From a virus (Duplodnaviria > Caudoviricetes), in IMG/VR virus record IMGVR_UViG_3300030097_000532, positions 1 to 35,705 of that record: a stretch of DNA of 35,705 bases, one strand, 5' to 3'. Below, piece after piece: positions 35,509 to 35,705 of this stretch (position 1 is the first letter of the stretch; every line of letters begins with the position of its first letter). A model generated the notes under the pieces. That model made no database searches. It saw only the letters and a list, made by a program, of their open reading frames with translations, and was not told the origin of the DNA. Made by a program: the position numbers and the translations under genes.

Positions 35509-35705
35509 TTAGCCACTAAAGCAGAGAGAACCGGCTCCAGCCGGTTTCTTTGGCCCTAGCTAAGCCAAGCAACGGAGTGGTATAAAATCCACACTGTAAC
35601 GCCGAACTCCGCCCCGACCAAGTTGCCATACGTTGCCATACGTTGCCCTATGTCGCACTACCATACGTTGCCATACGTTGCACTACCATACACTACATGT
35701 ATCGT
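35483..35705. repeat. Right copy of imperfect terminal direct repeat
   Basis: 223 nt matching 1-258. Confidence 0.95.

Overview
The window is an apparently complete genome (~35.5 kb unique) of a tailed dsDNA phage with a podovirus-like virion module. The two ends overlap through an imperfect direct repeat (1-258 vs 35483-35705). The + strand arm (617-24978) encodes packaging genes (TerS candidate, GNAT-like protein, TerL, an inserted PAPS-reductase-family gene, portal), head genes (scaffold, major capsid), short-tail genes (adaptor, nozzle, ejection proteins, S74-chaperoned fibre) and lysis genes (holin-like proteins, M15 peptidase). The - strand arm (34496-25189) encodes small early proteins, a stand-alone integrase arm-binding domain, a D5/SF3 helicase, SSB, a YqaJ exonuclease with an annealing protein, a degenerate Prim-Pol, a VRR-NUC nuclease and an HTH regulator. 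I see no DNA polymerase, RNA polymerase, catalytic integrase, tRNA or CRISPR array. The most unusual signals are non-coding. (1) The leader of the late operon (~521-603) carries two modules complementary to the distinctive CAAC...AAGGTTCA ribosome-binding regions of many early genes, suggesting a trans-acting multi-target antisense shut-off RNA. (2) An A_AAA_AAC slippery site could fuse a holin-like protein to a four-beta-strand tail ending in Trp, a possible frameshift-encoded spanin-like protein. (3) A TTGAC-N6-GNCAA operator overlaps six promoters. (4) A covarying structured intergenic repeat, a CTAG-rich nested inverted-repeat region, a pseudoknot and a G-quadruplex motif are also present. 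All product calls come from motif recognition by eye, not database searches.
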